Positions 36,869 through 46,448 of a stretch of DNA of 64,000 bases are shown here, piece after piece (within the stretch, counting starts at the first letter, position 1; the number at the start of each line of letters is the position of its first letter). The position numbers and the translations under genes are program-made. Under the pieces are notes generated by a model. That model saw only the letters and a list, made by a program, of their open reading frames with translations, was not told where the DNA came from and did not search any database. Source of the DNA: Candidatus Kuenenbacteria bacterium (lineage in GTDB: Bacteria; Patescibacteriota; Patescibacteriia; UBA11705; JABHMO01); NCBI GenBank assembly GCA_013202715.1, contig JABMRF010000040.1:4376-68375 (forward strand). The letters run 5' to 3'.

Positions 36869-36999
36869 CAGCCCTTGCAACCAAGGAGCTGTTTTTTGTT
36901 CGGAACTAGACGTAAAAAATCAATAAATCAACAAACCAATAAAACAAATTCGGGGATTCTTATCTTTATGATTTCTTTTTTTCTTGTTTTTTTGTTTTC

Positions 37000-37977
37000 T
37001 TACAACTTAATCTTCAACAGTCCGTTCTGAGCGCCAATTCGATACAAAACATGGGCGCTGTTTCTAATTGCCAGCTTTAACGCTTTATCAAAATCATTTT
37101 TTTTAACCAAGCCGGCAACTAATCCTGAAGAAAATGAATCCCCTGCGCCAACCGTGTCAACAATTCTTCTTTTTTCGCCAACCGCGCGGTGATAATAATA
37201 TTTTTCATTGTCATCAATTGCCACAACGCCATTTGAACCCTGAGTAATAACAACTTTTTGCGAGCCAAAATTTTTTAACTCAGTAAGTAAATATTTTGAA
37301 TCATTTAGATCTTTTTTGGTAGTTCTTGGGCGAGCTTTTTTCACAAGCTCAATTGCTTCGTCTTTATTCAAAATCAAGACTTCAATTGATGGTAAAAAAT
37401 GTAATACTTTTTTGAATTCTTGAAGTTGAAGTGAGCCCGGATTCCAAGCGATTTTAACATTGCGTCTTTTTTGTCTGGCAATTTTGTCAAATTCCAAAGC
37501 CCAGCTCTTGCTGGTCAGAGAAGAAACATAAAACCACTTTGTTCGGAAATTTCTCAGATTATGAACTTCCAGATTATTACTGGCGCCTTTGTAAGTAAAA
37601 ATTGTGTGCTCTTTGTCTTTCAGCGCGGTCATGACAATTGAGAAACCGGTTCTCTCTGTTTTGTCGACTCTGATCAATGATGTATTGATCTTTTGATTTT
37701 TCAAGTAAGTAAAAATCTCTTTGCCCACCTGGTCACGGCCAACATTTACCATTGGCGAAACATCCAGTCCGAAGTTTTTCAATCCGACCGCAGTATTCAA
37801 AGCCCCGCCACCATAATTAACAAACACTTCACTAATTGGCAGTTTTGCACCGTATTCAACCGCCATTAATTTCTGACGGGTGATATCTTTTTCATTTTTT
37901 ATAATTGAAATCTCATCACTGTAAAACATTATATCTTTTAATGCGCTACCAACAGTGACTACATCGAATAGTTTCAT
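37000..37977 (-). CDS. PfkB-family carbohydrate kinase
   Basis: GGGALNTA, WNPG, NKDEA, VDTVGAGDSF. Confidence 0.92.
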   Translation of the reverse strand: MKLFDVVTVGSALKDIMFYSDEISIIKNEKDITRQKLMAVEYGAKLPISEVFVNYGGGALNTAVGLKNFGLDVSPMVNVGRDQVGKEIFTYLKNQKINTSLIRVDKTERTGFSIVMTALKDKEHTIFTYKGASNNLEVHNLRNFRTKWFYVSSLTSKSWALEFDKIARQKRRNVKIAWNPGSLQLQEFKKVLHFLPSIEVLILNKDEAIELVKKARPRTTKKDLNDSKYLLTELKNFGSQKVVITQGSNGVVAIDDNEKYYYHRAVGEKRRIVDTVGAGDSFSSGLVAGLVKKNDFDKALKLAIRNSAHVLYRIGAQNGLLKIKL

Positions 37978-38049
37978 ATTTTTGTTTGTATTTTTCTTAA
38001 ATTTATTATACCATAAAAGAACAACGATTAGCAAAATAATTATCACCAT

Positions 38050-39027
38050 ATGGCCAATCTCGAGGAAGTACAACCAATTGCACAGGAAAATATTCCGGAA
38101 ACAGCAGAAAAAAAGTCACCGCCTGAAACGAAAAAAGCAGAACAGCCAAACTCATTAGAAAAGATTAATGAAAACTATGGAGCAGTTCTTGATCACCGTG
38201 AGGCTCAATATGACAAAGACATTGAAGCAAAACCGGAAATGGGCGCAATGCGTTCAAATTTAGAAATGCACAACAAAATTGTCCTTGGGTACGCTGGCGA
38301 ATTGGTAGAAGCCATGAATTTGCCTGATGAACAGCGGGTGGCGGCTATTATTGCGACAATTGAACATGATTCCGGTAAATTGGCTTCTGGACTGCTGGAT
38401 CATCATGAACAAGGAACTGAATATGCTGGCCAAATGCTTGACGGACTTGAAGGACAAGAGTTTGAAGGAGTAACAATAACACCGGAAATAAAACAAAAAG
38501 TAATGGAAGCAATTGAGCGCCACATGAATCATCCCTTCTTAGTAATGCTAAACAAAGGCGAGAGATTTCCAGAACCAAAAGATGATGTTGACCGGGTTGT
38601 TTTTGACGCTGACATGATGGCCAATGCTGGATTTTAAAATGTTGCTTTTCGTCTAACCAGTGAACAGTTTTTGACTCAGGACGCGGCCGCAGCTGCCGAA
38701 AAAGGAATTTCAGTTTTACAGGAATCTTTTGAAAATGTAATGCAGGGTGTTGTTTCATTGCCTGGCACAGTTTTGTCTGAGCAGGCGCAGGAGATTACCG
38801 GTGGCATTGTTAATGATGTCGTAGAGATTAAAAAATATTTTGAAGAGCAACAAGTCTTCACTCAAATTCAAAAACAATTTTCTGATCCAGAAGGAAATTT
38901 CAACATGATGACTATTAATGAACATGGCGGGTTTTCGTTAATCAAAAAACTCATTAACGAGGAAATTATAAAAGCCGGTGCAAAATTAAACCTGACGCCC
39001 GCAAGAGTAGCTAATTTCCAGATATAA
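38050..39027 (+). pseudogene. HD-domain protein interrupted by one in-frame TAA (38635-38637)
   Basis: ORFs 38050..38637 and 38671..39027 share a frame; H...EHDSGK...HHE...ERH...DADMMANAGF*NVAFRL. Confidence 0.75.
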
Positions 39028-39115
39028 CCGAAAAATACAGGCTCAAAATTTAATTTGATACCGCCAAAGGCGGTAATAAAAAAAAAGCCCGGCTTGTGCA
39101 CAGGGCTATTTTGTA

Positions 39116-39352
39116 CTACTGAATTTCAGTAATCGGTAAACTCTGGTAAACAGGATGATCTTCCCCTTCCTGAAATACGACCAAAATCTGGCCGACTTTT
39201 GGCTCAGTTCCTTTTGAATCAAGATGGAAAGTGCTGTCTGCCGTCTGATCTGTAAAAAAATGAGTGAACTTTCCACGGACAACACTCTGACCATCAACCA
39301 GAACTGAATCTTCCTGCAAATCAATTGCGTTTTTCTCTGTTTTGAGAATCAT
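39116..39352 (-). CDS. Small hypothetical protein
   Basis: SD GGGAGGT before MILKTEK; promoter TTGACA-17-TAATAT at 39381-39409. Confidence 0.65.
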   Translation of the reverse strand: MILKTEKNAIDLQEDSVLVDGQSVVRGKFTHFFTDQTADSTFHLDSKGTEPKVGQILVVFQEGEDHPVYQSLPITEIQ

Positions 39353-39498
39353 ATTTACCTCCCTTAATTTATGATTTATTATATTATCAAGCATTCAATA
39401 ATCTGTCAAGGGGCTGTATTCGGCGACAGCCCTTTCATGTCCATTATACTGGAAAAACAAAAAAGGAACAACGTTGTTGTTCCTTAAATTCTGCATTT

Positions 39499-39618
39499 TC
39501 ACCGAACTATTGCCGTCAACCTTTTCAAAAGCCGCAAATCGTCATCAGTCAATTCGCTGATCGGCTTTCTTACATCAATCACTGTTTTCCCTTTTCCAAC
39601 ATTCAAGATGACTTTCAT
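39499..39618 (-). CDS. 39-aa small protein
   Basis: MKVILNVGKGKTVIDVRKPISELTDDDLRLLKRLTAIVR; starts 3 nt after the previous stop; terminator 39461-39485. Confidence 0.45.
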   Translation of the reverse strand: MKVILNVGKGKTVIDVRKPISELTDDDLRLLKRLTAIVR

Positions 39619-39621
39619 GAC

Positions 39622-39726
39622 TCAAACCAACTTTTCAAGAAGGCACTCGGCCAACCAGGAAAGTCCATGACGCAAACCCGCAGAAACAAAATACACACCC
39701 GTACCAACGACTACCACCTCAATCAT
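39622..39726 (-). CDS. 34-aa hydrophobic small protein
   Basis: ATGA overlap with the upstream gene, SD GGAG; MIEVVVVGTGVYFVSAGLRHGLSWLAECLLEKLV. Confidence 0.5.
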   Translation of the reverse strand: MIEVVVVGTGVYFVSAGLRHGLSWLAECLLEKLV

Positions 39727-39926
39727 TTTTCCTCCCCGTTATTGTCCCTTTCTTCTCCCATATTGCAATTACAGACATGGCCGGAAACCTGGTTCATATC
39801 GAGGTTGACACGACGTCTATTTATTACAATCAAAACACCAAGAAACAGGAAAAGAACACTTAAGGTTATCAATCCCCACGTCTCAAAACTGAAATGAGCC
39901 TGTCCACAATGCGCTAATAGGTCCAT
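39723..39926 (-). CDS. 67-aa single-TM small protein
   Basis: SD CAGGAGG; one TM; HVCNC motif. Confidence 0.6.
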   Translation of the reverse strand: MDLLAHCGQAHFSFETWGLITLSVLFLFLGVLIVINRRRVNLDMNQVSGHVCNCNMGEERDNNGEEK

Positions 39927-39942
39927 TTTTACCTCCTGGCAA

Positions 39943-40317
39943 TTATGCCAAACGTTTTACTTTCTTTATAGTTATCAAAAGAGCTCCCTTACAAGGTTCA
40001 TCTATATTTTCAGGTAATTGTTTAACTTTATCATACCACTCACCTGATGTAAAGTATTCAGCAATACCAATAAACTCAAAACCACAACAATTTTCTTCCC
40101 AATCCTTATTCCAAACAGCCAAAGCAACCTGCTTGTTTTTCTGAATATTTTCAATTGTTGTATTCATGTAATTATTGGTAACTAAAATCTTATCCTCTGC
40201 TACAACTTTAACAAAAGCTGCCGCAACTACGTGCGGAGAACCATTAACATTAACACTTGCCAGGGCTAAAGCATTATTTTCAATTACTTGTTTTTGTTTA
40301 GAATCAAATTTAAGCAT
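39943..40317 (-). CDS. Pyridoxamine 5'-phosphate oxidase-like FMN-binding protein
   Basis: LASVNVNGSPHV, TIENIQKNKQVAL, GFEFIGIAEY..SG. Confidence 0.82.
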   Translation of the reverse strand: MLKFDSKQKQVIENNALALASVNVNGSPHVVAAAFVKVVAEDKILVTNNYMNTTIENIQKNKQVALAVWNKDWEENCCGFEFIGIAEYFTSGEWYDKVKQLPENIDEPCKGALLITIKKVKRLA

Positions 40318-40323
40318 ATTTTA

Positions 40324-40944
40324 TCAAGATTTCAAACTTTCATAATGTTTTTTTCGTTCCTGTTCTGTGATAATTTTCATGAATTTTTCGTTCTCAATAT
40401 CTTCTCCCCATTTTTTTATATTGTTTTTAATGTATTTGCGGATTGATTGCAATTCATGTTCGTTGCGGATAATGCGATCGTAAAAATTTCTTTTCCAACG
40501 ATAATATCCAAATTTATCATGATTCACACACCATTTACGGACGCCAATTTTATAACCACGCACAATTGAACCCAATGATTTGGGGATTATATGCTGATAT
40601 TTGTTCTTAAAAACTCCCGAATGTAAGGGTTCAAAATCTTGAACCCTTACATTCGGATCCTGTTTATTATCAGAACAAATACGAATAATCCCATGCACAT
40701 GATTTGGCATCACCACATATTCCCACAATTGTGCATTTGGATAATGTTTTGGGATTTCTAACCAACATTTATTGGTAACGTTCCCAATCTCCGACAACCT
40801 CATTTCCCCATCAACAATTTTCCCAAAATCATGGTGCCCACGTTCCTTGGCGCAAATTGTTACAAAATAAAACCCCGACTGTGCATAATCAAATCCTGGC
40901 AATCGGATTGATTGACGATTATGGATATCGGGATTATAAATCAT
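40324..40944 (-). mobile_element. REP-associated tyrosine (Y1/HUH) transposase, RAYT-like
   Basis: HNRQSIRLPGFDY, YFVTIC, VMPNHVHGII (HUH), SLGSIVRGYK, RNFYDRIIR..EL..IRKYI.NN; start MIYNPD. Confidence 0.88.
40617..40656. repeat. REP palindrome inside the transposase gene
   Basis: 18-bp arms CCGAATGTAAGGGTTCAA/TTGAACCCTTACATTCGG; encodes VRVQDFEPLH. Confidence 0.9.
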
Positions 40945-40964
40945 AATAAATTCCGTAATGCAGC

Positions 40965-41016
40965 GCAGATATTTGTGTAAGGGTTCAAGATTTTGAACCC
41001 TTACACAAATATCTGC
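40965..41016. repeat. REP palindrome upstream of the transposase
   Basis: 24-bp perfect arms GCAGATATTTGTGTAAGGGTTCAA/TTGAACCCTTACACAAATATCTGC. Confidence 0.9.
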
Positions 41017-41026
41017 ATCCCTGTTT

Positions 41027-42412
41027 CTACACGAACTTCTTCTCAAACCATTTTTCCAAATCCTTGATCTTAACCCGCTCCTGTTTCATCGTATCGCGAT
41101 CGCGAACTGTAACTGAATCATCTTTTTCAATAGTTTCAAAGTCAACGGTTACGCAATACGGAGTTCCGATCTCATCCTGCCGACGATAACGCTTACCTAC
41201 ATTTCCATTGTCATCAAATTCACAAACCCACTTGGTTTTCAAATTATCAAATATTTTCTTGGCAATTTTGACAAGCTCAGGTTTATTTTTCAAAAGTGGG
41301 AAAACGGCAATTTTTACCGGTGCTAATTCTTTCTTTAACTTCAGAACAACCCGCTCATCATCGCCAACCTTCTCTTCGGTGTAAGCATCACACAAAACGA
41401 CAAATAAGGTTCGGGTCAATCCTGCTGAAGTTTCCACAACCCACGGAGTAAATTTTTTATTTGTTTTTGGATCGTTATAATTAAGTTCGCAACCGGAATG
41501 TTTTGTATGCTGGGTCAAATCATAATCCGAACGGTTGTGAATACCTTCCACTTCTTTGAATCCAAACGGGAATTCATACTCAATATCCCAAGCTTCCTTG
41601 GCATAAAACACTAGGTTTTCATGTTCATGCCAACGAAGTTTTTTCTCAGTAATCCCGAGGTCGTTAACATAAAACTCCCAACGTTCTTTTTTCCAACGCT
41701 TATATTCTTTTGTCGCATCTTTTTCTTCCACAAAATACTGCATTTCCATCTGTTCAAACTCACGAGTTCGAAAAATAAATTGACGAGCGGTGATTTCATT
41801 TCGAAAAGCTTTTCCAACCTGAGCAATTCCAAAAGGAACTTTAACGCGTGAAGAGTCCATTACATTTTTGAAATTAACATAGATTCCCTGACAAGTCTCA
41901 CCACGCAAGTAAGTTGGCTCTTCGTCCCATTTACCTGTAAAGTTCCCTAAGTTCGACTTAACCAAAAGGTTGAAGCTCTTCGCGTCCGTAAAATCTTTTG
42001 ATCCACAACTCGGGCACTTGATCTTGTCTTTATTTTTCTTGAAAATTTTATTAATCTCATCTTCAGTCATGTTTTCGTCTGCAAAAACATCAATCTCTTC
42101 GAGTAGATGATCCACTCGAGAACGGGTGTGACACTTTTTGCATTCAGAGAGTGGATCGGAAAATCCACTGACATGGCCACTGGCTTCCCAGACTTTTGGC
42201 GACATGAAAATTGCTGAATCTAGGCCAACAATATTTTCCCGATCCTGAACCATATTTTTCCACCAGACACCCTGAATATTGTTTTTCAATTCCACGCCGT
42301 ATGGGCCGTAATCATAAACTGCAGCAAACCCGCCGTATATTTCACTGGATGGATAAACAAATCCCCGCCTTTTGCAAAGGCTGATAATTTTCTCTAAATT
42401 TTTTTCACTCAT
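41027..42412 (-). CDS. glyQS: Glycine--tRNA ligase (alpha2 type)
   Basis: CKRRGF..SSEIYGG, VWEASGH, FRNEI, FIFRTREFEQME, GKRYRRQDEIGTPYC. Confidence 0.96.
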   Translation of the reverse strand: MSEKNLEKIISLCKRRGFVYPSSEIYGGFAAVYDYGPYGVELKNNIQGVWWKNMVQDRENIVGLDSAIFMSPKVWEASGHVSGFSDPLSECKKCHTRSRVDHLLEEIDVFADENMTEDEINKIFKKNKDKIKCPSCGSKDFTDAKSFNLLVKSNLGNFTGKWDEEPTYLRGETCQGIYVNFKNVMDSSRVKVPFGIAQVGKAFRNEITARQFIFRTREFEQMEMQYFVEEKDATKEYKRWKKERWEFYVNDLGITEKKLRWHEHENLVFYAKEAWDIEYEFPFGFKEVEGIHNRSDYDLTQHTKHSGCELNYNDPKTNKKFTPWVVETSAGLTRTLFVVLCDAYTEEKVGDDERVVLKLKKELAPVKIAVFPLLKNKPELVKIAKKIFDNLKTKWVCEFDDNGNVGKRYRRQDEIGTPYCVTVDFETIEKDDSVTVRDRDTMKQERVKIKDLEKWFEKKFV

Positions 42413-42421
42413 ATAATTTTC

Positions 42422-42517
42422 CGCGGATTTAACGGATCAAATGCGGATAATGCGGAATTTACTAACTCGTTTCCCTTTATATCCGACAAATCCACGTTAA
42501 ATCCGCAGTATCCACGT
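42422..42517. repeat. Empty GCGGAT/ATCCGC inverted-repeat element
   Basis: Four-unit arms with 9-11-9 spacing, same layout as the GxxExxY flanks. Confidence 0.8.
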
Positions 42518-42571
42518 ATTATTAAACTGTCATAATTTATTTTTATCTACCTTGCTAACCTGAAAACCATT

Positions 42572-43504
42572 TTACATATAATCTGCATCAAGTTTCTCCA
42601 AATCACCAATACTTCTCTCTGAAAATCCCTTTACCCTGCTTTTGCCATCGCCACTATAATACCAAATACTACCACTTTTTAGTTGATGCTTTGCAAGACT
42701 ATCCACAATACTACCATCTTCTCTGGCTGAATCATCATACTCCTCTTCAAGTGTTCTTAGCAAAGTTCCATCCTCTCTGTACGTAAACTTCGTAATTTTA
42801 TCAACGGTCCCATCAGGACGATATAATTTTTCTACAGCCGGACTTCCCTGACCATCAAACTTAACCATCTTTTCTTCCCCATCATCACCAAACTCTGACC
42901 TAGAAATCACTACTTCTTGACCATCTACAACTTCCAAAGCCTCTGAACTCACAACCTTACCAGATTCATCATAAGCAATTACAGATTTCCTAAATGGTTT
43001 ATCATATTTTGTTTTTCCAACTAATTTCCATAACCCAGAAGTCATACTCTGTTCGCTCCGTTTGTGATCAGCCCCAACAACTCGACCAGCTTCATCCCGA
43101 ATAATATCAATTACATAATCCTTACTACGTATTTCATGTTGATCAGCACCTGCATTCTGATACTCAAAATGAGTCTTTTCCAAATCAAAAACCAAACTCT
43201 CCTTTCCAGCTTTTTTTACAGTTTCAGATTTTCTCATCTGCATTGGATCCGGTCTTTCCCTAACCAATTGTCTCATTACAATTTCTTCATTTCTTTCAGC
43301 TAATTGTTCAGGAGATATCACAATTTTTTCCTCGTCCATTGCCTGCAATTCAGTAACAGCAGCTTCAAGTGCCACCGATGTTTCTTTGTCTATCTGTGCT
43401 TTTGTCTCTGCACCTTTGGCTAAATCATCTTCAGTTAATGGTACAGTTTTAATTCCCTCTCTCTTTCCTTTATTAATCTTTTCCAAAGTAAGTTTTTCAT
43501 TCAT
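42572..43504 (-). CDS. Hypothetical protein with beta-hairpin (Y/F-x-x-D-G) repeats
   Basis: RDEAGR, YDESGK, FDGQGS, YRPDGT, YREDGT, YSGDGK. Confidence 0.65.
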   Translation of the reverse strand: MNEKLTLEKINKGKREGIKTVPLTEDDLAKGAETKAQIDKETSVALEAAVTELQAMDEEKIVISPEQLAERNEEIVMRQLVRERPDPMQMRKSETVKKAGKESLVFDLEKTHFEYQNAGADQHEIRSKDYVIDIIRDEAGRVVGADHKRSEQSMTSGLWKLVGKTKYDKPFRKSVIAYDESGKVVSSEALEVVDGQEVVISRSEFGDDGEEKMVKFDGQGSPAVEKLYRPDGTVDKITKFTYREDGTLLRTLEEEYDDSAREDGSIVDSLAKHQLKSGSIWYYSGDGKSRVKGFSERSIGDLEKLDADYM

Positions 43505-43528
43505 ACTTTTATTTTAATTTAAAATGAT

Positions 43529-44086
43529 TTATACTGACATTATTTCCTTTTCCTTACTCTCTGCAATCGATTGCAAGTCTTTGTTCAATTCGCCAACCTT
43601 TTCATCCAAATCTTTCACATATTTATACTTGTCATCCTCAGTAATGTCACTGCTTTTTTCTGCACTTACAATTTCTTCCTTAGTCTTCTCTCGAATTGAT
43701 CGAACTGAAATTTTAGCTGCTTCCAGCTTTTCATTCATAGTTTTCACCAAATCCTTCCGATTTTCTTCAGTCATTTGAGGCACACTTAGACGAACCAAAG
43801 TACTTTCGACCGAGATCGATAATCCTAAATCTGCATAAGTAAGAGCCTTTTCAATTTCTTTGAGCAAATTTTTGTCCCACGGATCAACTGTCATGGATCG
43901 GGCCTCAGGTACAGCAATACTACCCAGCTGAACAATCGGGGTTTTGATTCCATACGCATCAACCAGGACATTTTCAATCATGGCCGGATTGGCTCGACCG
44001 GCTCGAATAGTAGCTAGTTCTTTTTTAAAATGCTCAAGTGTTTTATTAAATTCCTCCTCGTGTTTTTCAATGAATTCATTGCTCAT
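43529..44086 (-). CDS. frr: Ribosome recycling factor
   Basis: IRAGRANP, VDAYG, PQMTEENRKDL, KEKEIM; start MSNEF. Confidence 0.95.
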   Translation of the reverse strand: MSNEFIEKHEEEFNKTLEHFKKELATIRAGRANPAMIENVLVDAYGIKTPIVQLGSIAVPEARSMTVDPWDKNLLKEIEKALTYADLGLSISVESTLVRLSVPQMTEENRKDLVKTMNEKLEAAKISVRSIREKTKEEIVSAEKSSDITEDDKYKYVKDLDEKVGELNKDLQSIAESKEKEIMSV

Positions 44087-44096
44087 ATTAATATAA

Positions 44097-44175
44097 TACG
44101 TGATCAACGTGATTTACTACTGATCTACATGAGATATCCATCAGTAGATCATGTAGAAAATCAGTAGATCATGTA
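44097..44175. repeat. TGATC/GATCA inverted-repeat element, copy 1
   Basis: Near reverse complement of 59181-59266. Confidence 0.85.
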
Positions 44176-44199
44176 TTCCTTTATATTCTTTTTAAAAAC

Positions 44200-45264
44200 C
44201 TACTGTGTAATTGTTTTCACACCAACGAAAATATTATTTCCTTTTTCAGGATGAACTGCAATTTCTCCTGCAATCCTCGCTGTTGGCATTTTCTTGACAA
44301 CCCAATTTTCGCCACCGTCCAGGGTTTTGTAAATCGCTTTATCGGTACTGTAATAAACATGGCTAGCGCTACTCGGATCAATGTCCAGAGAATAAATCCG
44401 CTCTTCGCTTGGCTGAGTTAATAATTTAACTTCTGACCAAGTTGTTCCACCGTCTAAACTTTTTAGCATGCCAAATTTATTCGCATATAAAACTAAATTC
44501 TTCTGACTCTTGGAAACGACAAAGTCAAAATAAATTTTAGAACTACTAAAATCCTTCATCTGCTTATTCAGATCCTCCCATTTATCACCTTTATCTACTG
44601 TTTTATAAAGTCCTCCGTTCATAATTCCTGCGTAAAGAACCCTACTGTCATTAGGGTCAACGATAATTTTAACTACGCGATTGGGAAATTTATTTGACAA
44701 CTTCCAGCTCACTCCATAATCTGAACTCTTTAACAAAGACCCATCTGATAAACCGGCGTAAACAATATTTGAATCAAACCAATCATGACCAAGCGAGCTG
44801 ACATAAACTCCAGCTTTATCGGCCATGAAGACGCGTTCCCAATTTCTGGTGCAGTCTTCACTTCTGTACACCTTACTGCCAACTGCAGCATACGACGTAC
44901 ATTTATCTTTGGAATCAATAACTAAATCGCGAATAAATCCCTCTGGTAAATTTTTCGACTTTGTCCAACCATTTCCACCAGTATATGAATAATACAAACC
45001 ATTTGCTTTTGTTCCTAAATAAATCGCGCTTGAATCACTTGGATCAAAACGTATAAAATAGGCGTTAACATCACCGATTGTACCCGGAGTATCACTTGGA
45101 GTCATTAATTTTGAACGATGGCTCCAATTTTCAAATCGGTCATCAGTAAAAAATACGCCGCCAAGATTTGTGGTTGTTGTTGTTTTCTTATTTAAAGTGA
45201 TACAACCCGTAGCTCCGAAAAGAAGTACGAGCAAAACCAGGACAACTGAAAATTTTCTCAACAT
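44200..45264 (-). CDS. BNR/Asp-box beta-propeller lipoprotein (YCF48-like)
   Basis: Lipobox ATGC; repeats SSDYGVSW, TVDKGDKW, SLDGGTTW, TLDGGENW. Confidence 0.85.
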   Translation of the reverse strand: MLRKFSVVLVLLVLLFGATGCITLNKKTTTTTNLGGVFFTDDRFENWSHRSKLMTPSDTPGTIGDVNAYFIRFDPSDSSAIYLGTKANGLYYSYTGGNGWTKSKNLPEGFIRDLVIDSKDKCTSYAAVGSKVYRSEDCTRNWERVFMADKAGVYVSSLGHDWFDSNIVYAGLSDGSLLKSSDYGVSWKLSNKFPNRVVKIIVDPNDSRVLYAGIMNGGLYKTVDKGDKWEDLNKQMKDFSSSKIYFDFVVSKSQKNLVLYANKFGMLKSLDGGTTWSEVKLLTQPSEERIYSLDIDPSSASHVYYSTDKAIYKTLDGGENWVVKKMPTARIAGEIAVHPEKGNNIFVGVKTITQ

Positions 45265-45292
45265 AAGATTTTTTTTATTTTTAATAAATTAT

Positions 45293-46345
45293 TTATAAAT
45301 TTAAGATGAGATTTTCTAATACTAATCTCGGGTTAATATTTTTTCGGAGAAGATCTTTGGTTTCTTCGATTCGCACAGCGAAATTTTTTAATCTTGTCTG
45401 AGAATAATCAGCCGCCGCTCTTTCCAATTTATTTTCAAGATAAGCATTAGCGATTAATTCATTTTTATAACTTGAAATCATGAGCACATCACGCGTCAAA
45501 GAGCTTAAATAATCCAACTTTTTCAACAAAACATCTTTTGATTTATTTTTATTAACAAAACCCTCAATAAATTTAAATTTTTCAACCGTTGACTGCGTAA
45601 AAACATTAAATAGTTCTAAATTGTCATTTTTATACTCCAAAAATCTGTTACTATCATTAAAAAATTTCATTGCCACCGTGGGTCTACCGCTGGCCACATT
45701 TGACAATTCCTTGGCGTAACTCCGATTTGCGCCCTTTCCAATCAGGTATTCATAAATATCCTTTTTTGTAACTGCTAAAAACTTGAAAGCCTGGCTACGT
45801 GACAAAATAGTTGGCAATAGCAACTCTTTGCTTGGGCTGATTAAAATTATAATTGTGCGCGGAGACGGCTCCTCGAGTGTTTTGAGTAAACAGTTGCTGG
45901 CTTCTTGATTTAATTTCTGCGCTTCAGGAATGATAACGATTTTATAGGAATTGAGAAATGCTCTTTTGCTTATTTTTTCAAGCAAATCACGAATCTGGGC
46001 AACGCTGATTAAACTCTTTTTTTTGCCCGTCTTTTCATCCACTTCCCTCTCCACTATGTAAAAATCCGCATAGATATTTTTTTCAAACTGATGACACGAA
46101 CTACATTCACCACAAGGAGCAATTAGATTGCTCTCCACTGTGCTCGCGGTCGGGCTGGAATAAGTCTGATATTTTTCACACAAAATCGTATTCGCAAAAG
46201 TTTTCGCAGTCAATGTTTTCCCGACTTTTTCAGGACCATAAAAAATATAAGCATGTGCTAATTTGTCATTAACAATACTGGTCTGCAAAAACTGTTTAAT
46301 TTTATGATGTCCAATAATTGGCCAGTTGAATTGGAGGCCGTTCAT
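45293..46345 (-). CDS. holB: DNA polymerase III delta' subunit
   Basis: HAYIFYGPEKVGKT, PCGECSSC, ASNCLLKTLEEP, LPTILSR. Confidence 0.9.
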   Translation of the reverse strand: MNGLQFNWPIIGHHKIKQFLQTSIVNDKLAHAYIFYGPEKVGKTLTAKTFANTILCEKYQTYSSPTASTVESNLIAPCGECSSCHQFEKNIYADFYIVEREVDEKTGKKKSLISVAQIRDLLEKISKRAFLNSYKIVIIPEAQKLNQEASNCLLKTLEEPSPRTIIILISPSKELLLPTILSRSQAFKFLAVTKKDIYEYLIGKGANRSYAKELSNVASGRPTVAMKFFNDSNRFLEYKNDNLELFNVFTQSTVEKFKFIEGFVNKNKSKDVLLKKLDYLSSLTRDVLMISSYKNELIANAYLENKLERAAADYSQTRLKNFAVRIEETKDLLRKNINPRLVLENLILNL

Positions 46346-46388
46346 ATGGTTATTATAGCAAATATTAATTTTTCAGTAAAATAGGAAA

Positions 46389-46448
46389 GTAATTGGGTAA
46401 TTGGGTAATTGGGTAATTGGGTAATTGGTAGTAATTACAATCAATTAC
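46389..46448. repeat. 8-bp tandem repeat (GTAATTGG)x5 with short inverted arm
   Basis: Five exact copies 46389-46428, then CAATTAC at the GT4 stop. Confidence 0.9.
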
